From: Nemertoderma westbladi
Taxonomy: Eukaryota > Animalia > Xenacoelomorpha
Reading direction: 5' to 3'
Length of the DNA stretch: 45,684 nt
Assembly: GCA_032718475.1 (NCBI GenBank)
Contig: JAUCBJ010007990.1
Coordinates: 1-45,684 of the forward strand
Part shown: positions 1-11,171 of the stretch, in pieces
Layout of the letters: every line of letters starts with the position of its first letter
How positions within the stretch are numbered: position 1 is the stretch's first letter
The notes under the pieces: generated by a model
Databases searched by the model: none
Told to the model about the DNA's origin: nothing
Seen by the model: the letters and a program-made list of their open reading frames with translations, nothing else
Made by a program: the position numbers and the translations under genes

Positions 1-1261
1 CGCTTGCGTCCTTCTGGGCTCCTCTCTGATGACTCCGAGGCGCACCCATGAGGCGGACGCTGTCCCACCACCCTTGGGGCCAGTCCGACTGATGTTTTTA
101 TCAGACCGGGCCGGAGGGTAGCCCGATGCTTCCCGGGTTCACTTTTCAATCCCCCGATCACACCGGCACAACTCGTCGGTGTAGCCAGATGGTCGGCTAC
201 TGTCAACTTGCTGTGGCCTGACTGTACATTGAGCCAACTCAGAGAGTCAACCGGCGGGTGGACCAGTCGATAGCGATCGAGCATCAAGGTCGCCCTTGAG
301 CCAAACCGACGGTCTTGTCCCAAGCGGGCTTGCGCTACCCACATTGGAATATTGACCGTTTTCACCCGCCTCGCCGGCAGTATTGAGGGGAAGTCGGTTC
401 CACAAACAATACTGACTAGCTCGAAAGCTAGGAACAAGTAACCACTTACCCGTCCTGTACACGTGTACTCAACAGATATTCACGAAATCAAGTACACTAC
501 GGTAAACACAAAATCTGACGCATACCACGCACACACAGAGGACATAATCGGGGAAGACAAAATCGGTGACAAAATCAGAGGGGACAAAATTGTATCGACT
601 AATAAAAGTCGAGAGTACTTTATTTTACCGACAGGGTAAAATAACTTTGTGTGCACAAAGTATGCTGGGGCGCAGTAAAATATGGTCCTACTAATAACCA
701 GAGGCGACTGAACCAACCGGTAAGGGTTCCCATACTCACTCGCAGTGGCCATACATACACTCACGTATACCACGTACACACACAAACCACAGATTCCAGA
801 GTATCATTCACTCGGACCACACTACAACACCAACCCCTCCTTGCAGCCGATATTCCGGGTGCCACCTCCATTCCAATAGTAGTACCAACAGAATCATCAG
901 AACGTGTCCATTCCGATGCAACACCTCCATTCCAATAGTGCTACCCTGGGAAAAAACACGTTTTGGCAACCGATCGGAGACAGTACAGAGTCTGGTCAAC
1001 TCATACATACCAAACATAGACCTACCACATAAACCACATAAACCACAGATCACACTAAGCCACCACCCCTACTGTGTACAGGACTGGCAGTACGGCAACA
1101 GGCCGACTAGACGATACCACGGCACCATGTTGATTCATGGTTCGCAAGACACGAGGGCCTTCAGTAACTCCCTTGCACTATAAAGACGATTTAACGTGCC
1201 CCCAGACCCTCACGAGTCCGCCGCCGCCTGTTACGGACACCCCTATAGAGACCTCACCTCC

Positions 1262-4200
1262 TTAGGCATCCGTGTCCTTCCCGCTATCTTCTCCTTGTGA
1301 AGTCTGGCTTTCGCCGTCATCGGTATAACATACTGGTGTTATTTTTCTCCTAGAGACGGGTTTTTCACTTACCTTGTTTTCCGGTGTCTTCTCTCGGGAC
1401 TGCTTGAGGAGTTGCAATTTCACTTCTCCATCCAAGAATGACATGAGATCAGCCATGGTAGGGTCTCGTCGTTGTTGTTCCATCATATAAAGTACTTTCT
1501 TATCCCAGCGTGTGCCTACCCCACCTTTCGGTAAAGTAGAAGCCACAGCTCCAATGACCATAGAACTTTGGTATTCATGAGACTTACCTAACCAATCTAA
1601 TTGTCTACAGATCTCTTGAATCTCATCGGAAAACTCTATTATCCCACTGCTGATGAACTTTCTGGGCGCTACTAATTTTGCATATAAATACTTAGCGATA
1701 TTATTCCTATTACCATACCTGATGTTTAGTATATCCCAAACTTGTCTTAATCCGTCTGGATGGCCAATAAACTTTAACGCCATTAACTTGGGAGATCCTT
1801 CCAAGCACTCGATGAGGTATCTAAGTTTTTCTCCATTAGATAGTACAGAGTTCTGTATGTTATCTTTGTAATATTCATTAAAAGGTAACCATTTCATCTC
1901 ATCTCCATTGAACTTGACGATCTCTCCAACCTTTACCGCTTGCCGGGCTTCGGTTCTAGCCATTTGACGCGTAAAACTTTCTTGGGCCATTGTGCTATTT
2001 AATATCGAGTTATCGGTATATAAATTTCTCGGATTATGATCAGTTCTATAGGGAATATCATTATCAACAGGTCTATAATTACCCTTAATAGGGTTCACTA
2101 TAGGAGTTTCTACTTCGCTAGCAGTATATATGCGTGTAGGCTCCACACCTTGCGCATGCAATACTTCAGACCTAACAGGTTGACACATTGTTACAGAGGG
2201 TGGTGGTATACCCTTTTGGGTATTTACTAATTTATCGCGTTCTAGCGCGATACTTTGCTGCACTTCTTGCAACTCTAGCCTACTTTCCCTTACTGTGCCC
2301 TTGAATTGCTGGACAGTCTCCTGCATCTGCCCGAGCAGGATATCCATCCCCCGCCGTCCCCTGTCCACCCATTCGACCGCCGAAGCGGGAGTCGCCAACG
2401 TTGTAGCGGGCGGACGAGGGACAACGGGCGACAAATTATGAATATTTCGCTCGGGGTCCAGGACCTGAACTGTCGCCTGGGCAGTTCTACTGGGCACAGG
2501 TAGCTTAGTGCTATGTAGAGGAAATTTAGAAGTAGCTTCAGGGAGCACAGGTGTGTCTATCACCGAAGGGGTGATTTCAAGAACAGGCCTAATTATTTCA
2601 GGCTCATCTACTATAGTAGGGAGTCTTTCTATTTTAATTATTTGGTCTGTGGGCTCTGTACTACCTACTTTGGTGTTATTTAGTTGCCTTCTAACAGCTG
2701 GAGGCAAATCAGGCAATTTCTGCCGGTGGAATGTTCTTTTACGTCTGCTTAGGCGAGATCGATTTCCTCCGCCTTCGGTGTCGGTGGTATCGCCTTCCTC
2801 AGATGATGTATACCCCTGTCTCTTGGGAGTAGATCGACTCATCATCTGCATATTGCTCGCTGTTAACTGTTTATTGAAGTTGTCTTGCCTCTCTTGAAGA
2901 TTTTCCAACTCTAGTTGGGCTGCCTCTTCAGATGCCCTCCGTTCTGCTTCTGCCACTGCCTCTACCGCCTTTCTTTCAGCTGCTGCTTCTGCCAAGGTCG
3001 CCTTTGCTTCTGCTGCTGCCTCTGCCGCCTTTGCCTCTGCCGCTGCCTCTGCCGCTGCCGCTGCCGCTTTTGCCTCTGCTGCTGCCTCTGCTGCTGCCAA
3101 TTTTCTTTCTGCTTCTGCAGCTACCACTGCTGCTTTCTTTCTGTCTTCTATACGTTTTTTCTTTACTTGTTCTTCTCTTTCTCTAGCGATGCGGAGTTGT
3201 TCATCGAATTTAGCTTGGTTCGCCGCTAACCTATCCACATCAATCGCATCTAACACAAGTTTGGCTCCTTCGCTATTAGGGCTAAGTCCCTCTAGCCTTC
3301 TCCTCAACTCTTCATCTCCCACAAAACGCTGATAGTCTGACAGATAGATATCAATGGCATCCTTCTTATGCGGTTTCTCTGCCGTCGCTTCACTTTCCAC
3401 TTGGGAAAAAGTAGCGTCTGTTGATTCTCCATGGGTTGAGCGCTCCTCCAACTGAGCCTTCCACTGAGCTGCTCCTTGAACCTGGCGACTCACCCTTTGA
3501 AACCAAGTCTTTACGGCAACTTGCAACGACGTGTCTTGCTTTCGTTTAGAAGCCTCCTCAAAGGCGGATAAGATTAGCCTAATCCGCAGAACTCTTTCTC
3601 TAACTTGATAAAGCAGCGATCCCTGCTCTTGAGGTCCTTGAGGTTGTTGAAACAGTTGTCTCTCTACTCGCTCCATAGAGCTGAAGAATCCCTGTGCGTA
3701 TCCGGCTGCGGACCTCTTCCATACAGCTGGATCGATGGTTTCCTTGGCTACTCCCATCCTGTGTATGTCTTCCCAGGCCGCTTCGGATAAATCAAACGGG
3801 AGTTCGGGTCCGGGGAAGTTCCATTGCGACTCGACAATAGACTTCAGTTCTTCACTAGTGTAGCCCGCGTAGCTATCTCTAGTTGACCGTTGACTTCTCG
3901 CCCAATCGATCTGGTGTTCTTCTACCGCGATCAATAACCCAGCGAGCACGGCTGCAGGAAGGATGAGAAGGGGATCCGTATAAACCGCATCCGTCATCTC
4001 TGCTCCGCTCTCGGGTGTCAGCTCTACAGTATCCTCACTACCGGAGCTGCTGGGCCGCTGAGGAATAATTTCTTGACTAGCGGGTTGTTGCTGTTCCGCC
4101 GCTTGTTGGTCCCGCTTGACCTGAGCTCGGGTGCCTATGATAGACCTACGATGTTGGACCAGCCTAGGTTCTGTTATTACTACTGGAGGGATGACTTTCC

Positions 4201-4312
4201 TCACAGTGGGAGGTGAACTGAATTTACGACCAGACAGTGGTACGTCTCTATCTGAGTCGCAGATAGTTACATCTAATAAACTGTCTGACAGGTTCGGCTT
4301 AGTATCAGACAT
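1262..4312 (-). CDS. gag: BEL/Pao-type retrotransposon Gag-like protein (DUF1759-like domain) with a long N-terminal extension and an Ala/Glu-rich coiled coil
   Basis: Uninterrupted 1016-codon ORF. The C-terminal third has KFNGDEMKWLPF...LSNGEKLRYLIECLEGSP...WDILNIRYGN, the BEL/Pao Gag pattern (FxGD..W..F, K..YL...L.G, L..RYG). An AEAAAEAK repeat lies in the middle. It stops (TAA 1264-1262) before any Cys/His knuckle. Confidence 0.85.
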   Translation of the reverse strand: MSDTKPNLSDSLLDVTICDSDRDVPLSGRKFSSPPTVRKVIPPVVITEPRLVQHRRSIIGTRAQVKRDQQAAEQQQPASQEIIPQRPSSSGSEDTVELTPESGAEMTDAVYTDPLLILPAAVLAGLLIAVEEHQIDWARSQRSTRDSYAGYTSEELKSIVESQWNFPGPELPFDLSEAAWEDIHRMGVAKETIDPAVWKRSAAGYAQGFFSSMERVERQLFQQPQGPQEQGSLLYQVRERVLRIRLILSAFEEASKRKQDTSLQVAVKTWFQRVSRQVQGAAQWKAQLEERSTHGESTDATFSQVESEATAEKPHKKDAIDIYLSDYQRFVGDEELRRRLEGLSPNSEGAKLVLDAIDVDRLAANQAKFDEQLRIAREREEQVKKKRIEDRKKAAVVAAEAERKLAAAEAAAEAKAAAAAAEAAAEAKAAEAAAEAKATLAEAAAERKAVEAVAEAERRASEEAAQLELENLQERQDNFNKQLTASNMQMMSRSTPKRQGYTSSEEGDTTDTEGGGNRSRLSRRKRTFHRQKLPDLPPAVRRQLNNTKVGSTEPTDQIIKIERLPTIVDEPEIIRPVLEITPSVIDTPVLPEATSKFPLHSTKLPVPSRTAQATVQVLDPERNIHNLSPVVPRPPATTLATPASAVEWVDRGRRGMDILLGQMQETVQQFKGTVRESRLELQEVQQSIALERDKLVNTQKGIPPPSVTMCQPVRSEVLHAQGVEPTRIYTASEVETPIVNPIKGNYRPVDNDIPYRTDHNPRNLYTDNSILNSTMAQESFTRQMARTEARQAVKVGEIVKFNGDEMKWLPFNEYYKDNIQNSVLSNGEKLRYLIECLEGSPKLMALKFIGHPDGLRQVWDILNIRYGNRNNIAKYLYAKLVAPRKFISSGIIEFSDEIQEICRQLDWLGKSHEYQSSMVIGAVASTLPKGGVGTRWDKKVLYMMEQQRRDPTMADLMSFLDGEVKLQLLKQSREKTPENKVSEKPVSRRKITPVCYTDDGESQTSQGEDSGKDTDA

Positions 4313-4446
4313 GACTATGTATACCGTTGAATGTCTACTGCTGTATTACAGTCTAAGTAAGTCTAGTAACTCAGTATGAACTGCTAGCCTAGTAATTAAT
4401 TACCGTTACTGCTACTCAGTGCAGCGTGATATATATATAATATATT

Positions 4447-4696
4447 AGAATACCGGTATACTTATAGTATATATAACTATATAAGTATTATTACAGACTA
4501 GGTTTATCACAGAATACCGGTATAATTTTAGCACAAATATATATAAATATATAATAGGCCTATCGGAATACCGGTATACAGCTTACAGTTTGTAGGATAT
4601 ATAATTCTGAAATAGAATTAATTACAAGTACCGGTATAATTTCAGCCTAGATTTATAGAAATAAAGATAATAGGCCTATCGTAAATACCGGTATAT
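4447..4696. repeat. Five copies of a palindromic (GAA)TACCGGTATA motif at ~60-bp spacing in the gag leader
   Basis: TACCGGTATA recurs near 4451, 4515, 4569, 4629 and 4686. Confidence 0.75.
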
Positions 4697-5687
4697 CAAT
4701 TATTTCAAATAATTGAATTTCTGTTACTTTAGGGTTACTTTGTTACTTTACTTACTTTATTACCGTTATTTGAGCAGTAATCCAACTGATATTGAGACCT
4801 AATTGTTATATGGTAGGCCTACTATTTATAAATCGTTAGATTTGATTTATAATTTATATATACCCGTTTTAATGGGTTTTGTCAATGTTTGAAATAAATG
4901 TTATTATTTCTGGGGGTAATCACTACACAAAGCGGTGCGCTTTCAGTGAAGTGCTACGTATAGGACACTAAACAAATAATTCTAATTTACCTAAGTTACT
5001 TAATACTACAAATTACGTACAATCCGGGTGAGATTACAATCTCTAAATAAATGCAAAAATTTACAAAAACGCAAAATACGAATTTTTAGGGTAATTTTAC
5101 AAGAAGTCTACAAACCAGCCTAACAAAGGGTTAGAAAACCGGTTATTACACGGACAGGGTACTACGGTATTTGAAATAATAAGTAGTAGTAAATACACTG
5201 CGTTGTCTAGATAGGAAAATACCACCGCCTGACGACCTATAGCCGTATCGCTATAGGTTCTACGTTATGTATCACGGAGTGTTCCTACCTAGAAGTTAAT
5301 AGAGCTAATCGAATGTGCCTATCAACCACTTTACAACACAAATATAATGCCTACACTAATTATTTTCGGAAAGCACTGTACACTAAACCCTAAATTAGGT
5401 ACGAGTACTTGTACAACAGATAATCAGTAGTTAAATATACTTGAACAGCTAAAGGAACCACGGCATCTGCTGGAGTGACCGATGCACAAAATCACCAGTC
5501 TTTACCTACGCCGAGCAGCCCGTATAGTACCGGGGTTAATTTAACTATAACGGTATGTATAACAAACACAATTACTGTAGGAACAAACTTGGGGACTTGA
5601 ATGTTGCGAATAATCGCATAAACTCTGAATAATAAATATTACGCAACGCGTACAAACCACTTAAACAAAATGCAGACTAAATACTGA

Positions 5688-6200
5688 CAGACTACTATCA
5701 AGCCTAAACAAACCACGGTATATGCAGACTCCGAAACGATTAGGGAGTATGCGTTCTAACCCAGTAGTACGCCTTATTCTTTAATTGAGGGTTTACCTTA
5801 CTGCATTGGCTGCCTCAACTTCCTAACCTTACTTAATCAGACAGATGCTCTACACACACTACAATCCGTTCAGACTTAATAACAGCCAGACAACTATCCA
5901 GCCTACAAGTTATCCAAATAAAATTATACGCTACCTGTACAGACTTACACAAACAAAGTACAGACCAAACGATGGCAGACTACTCTCAAGCCTAAATAAA
6001 CCACAGTACATGCAGACTCCGAAATGATTAGAGAGTATGCGTTCTAACCCAGTAGTACGACTTATTCTTTAATTGGGGTTTACCTTACTGCATTGGCTGC
6101 CCAAACTTCCTAACCGTACTTAATCGGACAGGTGCTCTACATATACTGAAATCCGTTCAGACTTAACAGCAATCAGACAACAGCTCAGCCTACAAATTGT
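5688..6200. repeat. Diverged tandem duplication, period ~288 bp
   Basis: CAGACTACT(A/C)TCAAGCCTAAA...GCGTTCTAACCCAGTAGTACG...AATCCGTTCAGACTTAA starts at 5688 and again at 5976. Confidence 0.9.
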
Positions 6201-6516
6201 CTGTACAATCTGATCAGGCTAACACGCCTTCTGTTCAATACTGGCCTACTAACAAATAAAACTTGACAGAAATAAGTAAAAATCTCAATAAAAAACCAGG
6301 GCTGCAGTCCCTGATTAATTATTAAGGCCTACTGGTATATAACAATCAAAATCGAATAATACTGCTGTAGGTACCGGTCCGGATGATCAGGCAGTCAGGC
6401 CTACTGGTTACCGGTCGACCGGTACTTTCGACTTTATTGCTTACTGCAATAAAGAAGCTATATCCTTTAATGTTCGCGCTTTCAGACCTTTGGCAGTTTA
6501 ACCCGCCAAATTAGAA

Positions 6517-7609
6517 TGTCTTCTAGATAATAAATCTGCTTTTTAGTCTATGACAAGTATTTGATTCACTACACTAGTCGAAACCAATCCGTGCGCGACC
6601 ATTCACCCGCTGGAAATTCCCGGGAGATTGGGTTCGACGGTTTAATTTTTATTGCTATGTAAGCCTAATGTATTATTCGACTGACAGTATTATATAATCT
6701 CTGACAATATTATTCACCTTCGGTAATATTAACAGTTCCTTTAGGACGTGGCGCTTTATCTACATAAACAGAGTTATGACTTAAACTACTCGCAACGATA
6801 TGGCTTAATTATAATCCACATATATGGCGCATTCTTTAGGAATTGCTTCTTTAACAGACTCACTCATACACTATGCTGCACAATACTGCACACTAATCTG
6901 CCAATCTTCACTGATTTTAGTCACATATAAAAGGAACACAGGCTGACTCATGTAGGGTCTATCAAATAACATTAGATTCACTTCAAACCACTTTAACATA
7001 AGTCACAATCGTTTATCTGTAACCCTTCTCTCTTACCTTCGGTATATCAAGAACATTGGGTTTCGGGGTTGTTTATCGTTATTCCAAATATAATAATTCA
7101 TCAACCATATTATGAAGAACTGACAGCAAATAGCAGTATAAAACAACAAATCAGTACCGGTATGTCAGTGCACATAGGCATGCAGTTCCGTCAGTCCGTT
7201 TGTTTGTTAAAGGATATATGCCCTTTATAATTAAACCTACCAGTGTACGACTAAAAAGCAGTACAGCACAAAATATTTCTAAGCCGTTCTTTCTTTGGCT
7301 CAAGACTGAATGTAAGCACTGCACATAGGCATTGCGTCATTTCTCGGAAATTCTCTGTACAAGGAGCCACAAAAACGCTCTCATTGGCTGACTGAGCTGA
7401 GAGACGCCGTAGAACAAAGGAAATCAACACGTATGAATGTCAGCTGTTAACCGTAGTCATAGTAACTACTGTTCAAGAGTAGCTATCACTCCTTTGCGTC
7501 ACGAATTGCCATAGAATCATAAAAATATACCTTTCACAATACACATACGAAGGAAATAAGTCTTAGATCCTCTAAAAACACCGATACAGTAATAATACGG
7601 TCTCTTACA
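6517..7609 (-). repeat. Candidate 5' LTR of the minus-strand BEL gag element
   Basis: On the minus strand it begins TGTAAGA (7609) and ends AAGACA (6517), followed within 8 nt by TGGCGGG (possible PBS). A minus-strand AATAAA lies near 6650. No second copy is in the window, so the boundaries are unconfirmed. Confidence 0.35.
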
Positions 7610-7686
7610 CTTATTAAATCAACTACAGAGTATTTTAATGTAAAAGATAATAAAAATAACGGGGCAATTCAGCAAAGGCTTTTACA

Positions 7687-8581
7687 GTCGGCGACCTTCA
7701 AATAAGCTTGGCTTGTGGTACCATTTTATTACATAATAGATTTTGGCAGACTGGGCGGTCGCTCTGACCATATGCATTGCGCACCAACAATGCCTAAAAC
7801 ATCTATGGGAACAGCCAATTAGTGCGCTTGAATCGTTTATCTTTATTCCTGCTTCTATCGTTATTCTTTACTTTGTATAACACAATTTACAGTGCGGCAA
7901 AGTATGGCTGGTTGACCATTGAATTGCATTGGTAAAGGTATTCGGCGTTCACGTGGGCTAAACAAATTTAAACAGTACAGTTTTAGCACTATACATTAAT
8001 ATAGATAGGGCAACAGACAAACTATCTATGACACAAATACCAACACATTCCGATAGCCCGCAATTACGGCGTCTCTAAAGAGCCCAAATATAAATTAATA
8101 AAATCCTCTATGAAACAATAAAAATACCTACAAAAAATACTGCTATATTAAATATTAGTTACTGCAGTAACATATAACAATTACTGCAGTAACAAATATT
8201 TATTACTGCAATAATCAATATTAATAATTTAATAAATAATTGAATAAAAATTTATACTGCAGTAACAAATTATTTGTTACTGCAGAAAAAGACAATTTTT
8301 TATTACTGCAGTGATAATTAATTCTTACTTTCAGTAACAAATATTTATTACTGCAGTATTTTTTGGAGGCATCTTTATTGTTTCATATAGGTTTTTATTA
8401 CCTATACTTTACCCTTTAGTCAAAGTCAATATACACCATTCCATAGCCAGTTTCAGGCAGGACTGTATGAAATGACTGACAGTACTACTTTGAAATCTTT
8501 GAGGACACTTTGTCATTTTCTTAGACCACTTTTAGAACTTTGAGACACTTTTAGTTCTTTGAGAAAATCTCAAAGAACAGA
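7687..8581 (+). repeat. Copy 1 of a ~0.9-1.1 kb dispersed repeat (paralogue at 36996-38080)
   Basis: Near-identical from GCTTGGCTTGTGGTACCATT to ATCTCAAAGAACAGA in both copies, in direct orientation. Confidence 0.95.
8075..8419. mobile_element. MITE-like element with ~70-bp imperfect TIRs and internal TTACTGCAGTAA repeats
   Basis: CTAAAG...TATGAAACAATAAAA...CAAAAAATACTGC is mirrored by GCAGTATTTTTTG...TTTATTGTTTCATA...CTTTAG. A second copy at 37421-37915 has more internal units. Confidence 0.7.
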
Positions 8582-9704
8582 TGCACTTTGAGACCCCGAC
8601 TGTAGTTTTAGTCAGTAATGGCATACAGCAACTACTGACTTTATGATTTCATCAAGTTCATCAAACCAGGCTGACGACTCAGCTGTTTAGTTTAATTAAT
8701 TGCAGCCGGATTGGATAAATTATTAATTAATTTGGGGAACTTTACTAATTAGTAAAATCGTTAATTAGTTCGATTCAAAAGATTTTAGAGTAATTATCAT
8801 TTGTAAAATAGTAAACCGCTTTGATACACCTTGTGAATAAGGATTTGGGGGACGGGGGGGCAAAGCCCCCCCGCCAATTAGGTAATTAAGTAATTAGTTA
8901 ATTACTAATTAACGGTAGTAGATACGGCATCGGCGCCAGAGACTTTTTTGTGTAGAATAAAATTCCGAACAACTTTGTGATGTTACGTTTTTTCATAGCT
9001 CTTAGTGTTTTCGAGTTACGGCGCTAATTAGTTTTCGGCAAATTAGTACTAATTAACAGTAATAGGAGGGCCATAGCGATGACTGAACTTTTTTTAGATC
9101 TTACCGAGATGAACAAAAAAAACATCGTTGCTAGGGGAAAAACCAAATACTTTTCGAGAAAAATCAATTAGAAATCTTTAATCGCTAATTACTAATTAAT
9201 TAATTAGCAGATTTTTGCCAAATATTTCTCTGCTGTGCACGCTCGGGCCATCTATAAGATCGCGCAAACAGAATCGTTCTAGCTTTCGCCGTTCTCCTGG
9301 AAAAATCCTTTAAAAATCGACCTAAAAAAGATCAAAGCAAAATGCCTACTTCCGAGGGGGTACACCATAATGCTATCTTATGAGGTTTTACTTTGGTGTT
9401 TATGTTGGTTTGCTAAGTTCCCTTAAAAAGGCTGCATTATTTATTCCTCATAAGACTCTGTCGAGCCTTTGGCTCTCCAGTGGCAGCCTATTGCTCCTGA
9501 CAGTCTGTCTCCTTGGCCATCCATTTGGTGGATCTGACTAAATGTCGGCTCGCTTTCATTTTTATTATTGACAGATTGTTAACTTACCCGGCGCTGAGCC
9601 TTGCAGTACTGGAGTCCGCCCACTGAGGCATTGATAGAGTACACAGTCTTCTAAAAGGAGTTGAATGGGGCTTCGTTAAAGGAGGAGTATGTATAATAAT
9701 CTGA

Positions 9705-9810
9705 ACGTCCCGAAATTAACTATATGGAGGGTCCCGAAATTAATTTATGGACGTCCCGAAATTAATTTATGGACGTCCCGAAATTAATTTATGGACGTCC
9801 CGAAATTAAT
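9705..9810 (+). repeat. Minisatellite, ~22-bp unit GGACGTCCCGAAATTAATTTAT x5
   Basis: Five GTCCCGAAATTAA cores, an inverted core at ~9861-9872 and AACCAATCAG directly after the array. Confidence 0.9.
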
Positions 9811-9924
9811 CTATCAACCAATCAGAATCGTAATGAAATAACTAATTAATGGACGTTAATGTTAATTTCGGAAATTTATTTCAATAATATTTTTTTTTAT
9901 AATAACAATTTTTTTAAATATTTT

Positions 9925-11148
9925 TGTTAAGACGAACGGCCGCCCAAAGTAGACTCCACGGGGAAATTAGTTTTTTAGCCTGATGTTTATACTATTTATT
10001 TAATGCGTGATTTGCTTTGTGTCCTATCTGTTTGGTGTACTATTTTTAGCTTGCAATTTATCCTATGTAATCTATGCGGTGTATTATTTTGGCATATAAT
10101 TTATTTATGTCTTTAATTATTTATTTAGTGTATTATTTTTCGGCGTACAATCTATAATGTTGATCTATTTGCTGGGTGATTATTTTCGGCTTAGGGCTTG
10201 TTCTGTATTGATTTTGTTGGTGGGCGTACTTGTATATTGGCTGTGGCGACATCTATTTGGTTATGATTTTTATTGGTGGGCCGCGAGTTGATTATTGGGT
10301 TTATTTTTAGCTCGGTTATTATTGGTATGTACCTTTATACCTCGCCTGGGGCGGGCTCGGGTATTGCTTGGGGTGGGCGTACTTAGCTGCTATATTGGAT
10401 ATGTAAACACGATTGGCTTCTGTAAAGTTGTAGGATAATATATGGCCATTATTGCTTTTGTAAGTTTTGATTGGAGGATTCCTTTCGGGAGAGGGGGGGG
10501 GGTGTATTCAAGGCTTGGCTTTGTGACATTATTGCTTTGAATGTTGTAGCTAATAATAGCCTATGTTAGGATGGTTGAAGTTTGTGTTACTCTATTGTTG
10601 CAAGGGTCAAACTGATTATAGCTCGTTTGCTTGTCTGCCCGTTGAGGTAATGTGCAGTTTGTTCGGTAATCTGTTAACACCTTTTATATTGGTTGAGTTT
10701 TGGTATATAAACTATAGTTATGGGATTCATTCGTCAGTAGCCTACGAACCCCAGCCAACTGTCATGCCATTTAACTAAATGTTTTTCTTTTGGTCCTGGC
10801 TGGACCGGTAATTTTATTATTATTATTAATGCAATTTTGCGGCTAAATTTTACTGTCTGATTGAAATTAAATAAAAATTAAACCTCTACACTGAACGTAT
10901 TTAACTATTTTTCTTTATGTTTTCGTCATGGTGAAAACGAATCACGGGCTCGCCGATCTCTAGATCTAGGAAGGTAACCACCCGGACAACCCCCCCCCCC
11001 CTACCCCTCTCGTATAGGCATACTCTTTAAAAAAGGGCAAGCACATACCAGGCTACCGCACTCCCCACACACTCCACGAACCTTATAGGGAATCGAAGGC
11101 AACCACACGCTGGCCTGGTAGATAGTCTGCAAACACCCCCTTTTTACA
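9925..11148 (+). repeat. 5' LTR (1224 bp)
   Basis: TGTTAAGACG...TTTTTACA. TATATAA at ~10704 and AATAAA at ~10870. Differs from the 3' LTR by about 4 substitutions, homopolymer lengths and one large indel. Confidence 0.97.
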
Positions 11149-11160
11149 TTCGAACCGGAT
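11149..11160 (+). other. Truncated primer-binding site (tRNA-Tyr-like)
   Basis: TTCGAACCGGAT directly after the LTR equals the common BEL PBS TGGTCCTTCGA(G/A)CCGGAT without its first six nucleotides. Confidence 0.7.
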
Positions 11161-11171
11161 ACTACCGAACT

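Noticed and set aside
27-62. Hammerhead-like CTGATGA core (also at ~32893)
   Set aside because: No correctly placed GAAA and no three-stem architecture.
452-1084. 11-bp inverted repeat (GTCCTGTACAC) suggesting an inversion downstream of gag
   Set aside because: Flipping the segment in silico did not restore any gag or pol motif, and a match of this length can arise by chance.
1653-4379. Short plus-strand ORFs, including Cys-rich and Leu/Pro-rich ones
   Set aside because: Antisense shadows of the gag ORF and its Ala-rich repeat.
8690-9366. Probable DNA-transposon remnant
   Set aside because: Looks repeat-like but I could not define paired TIRs or a TSD.
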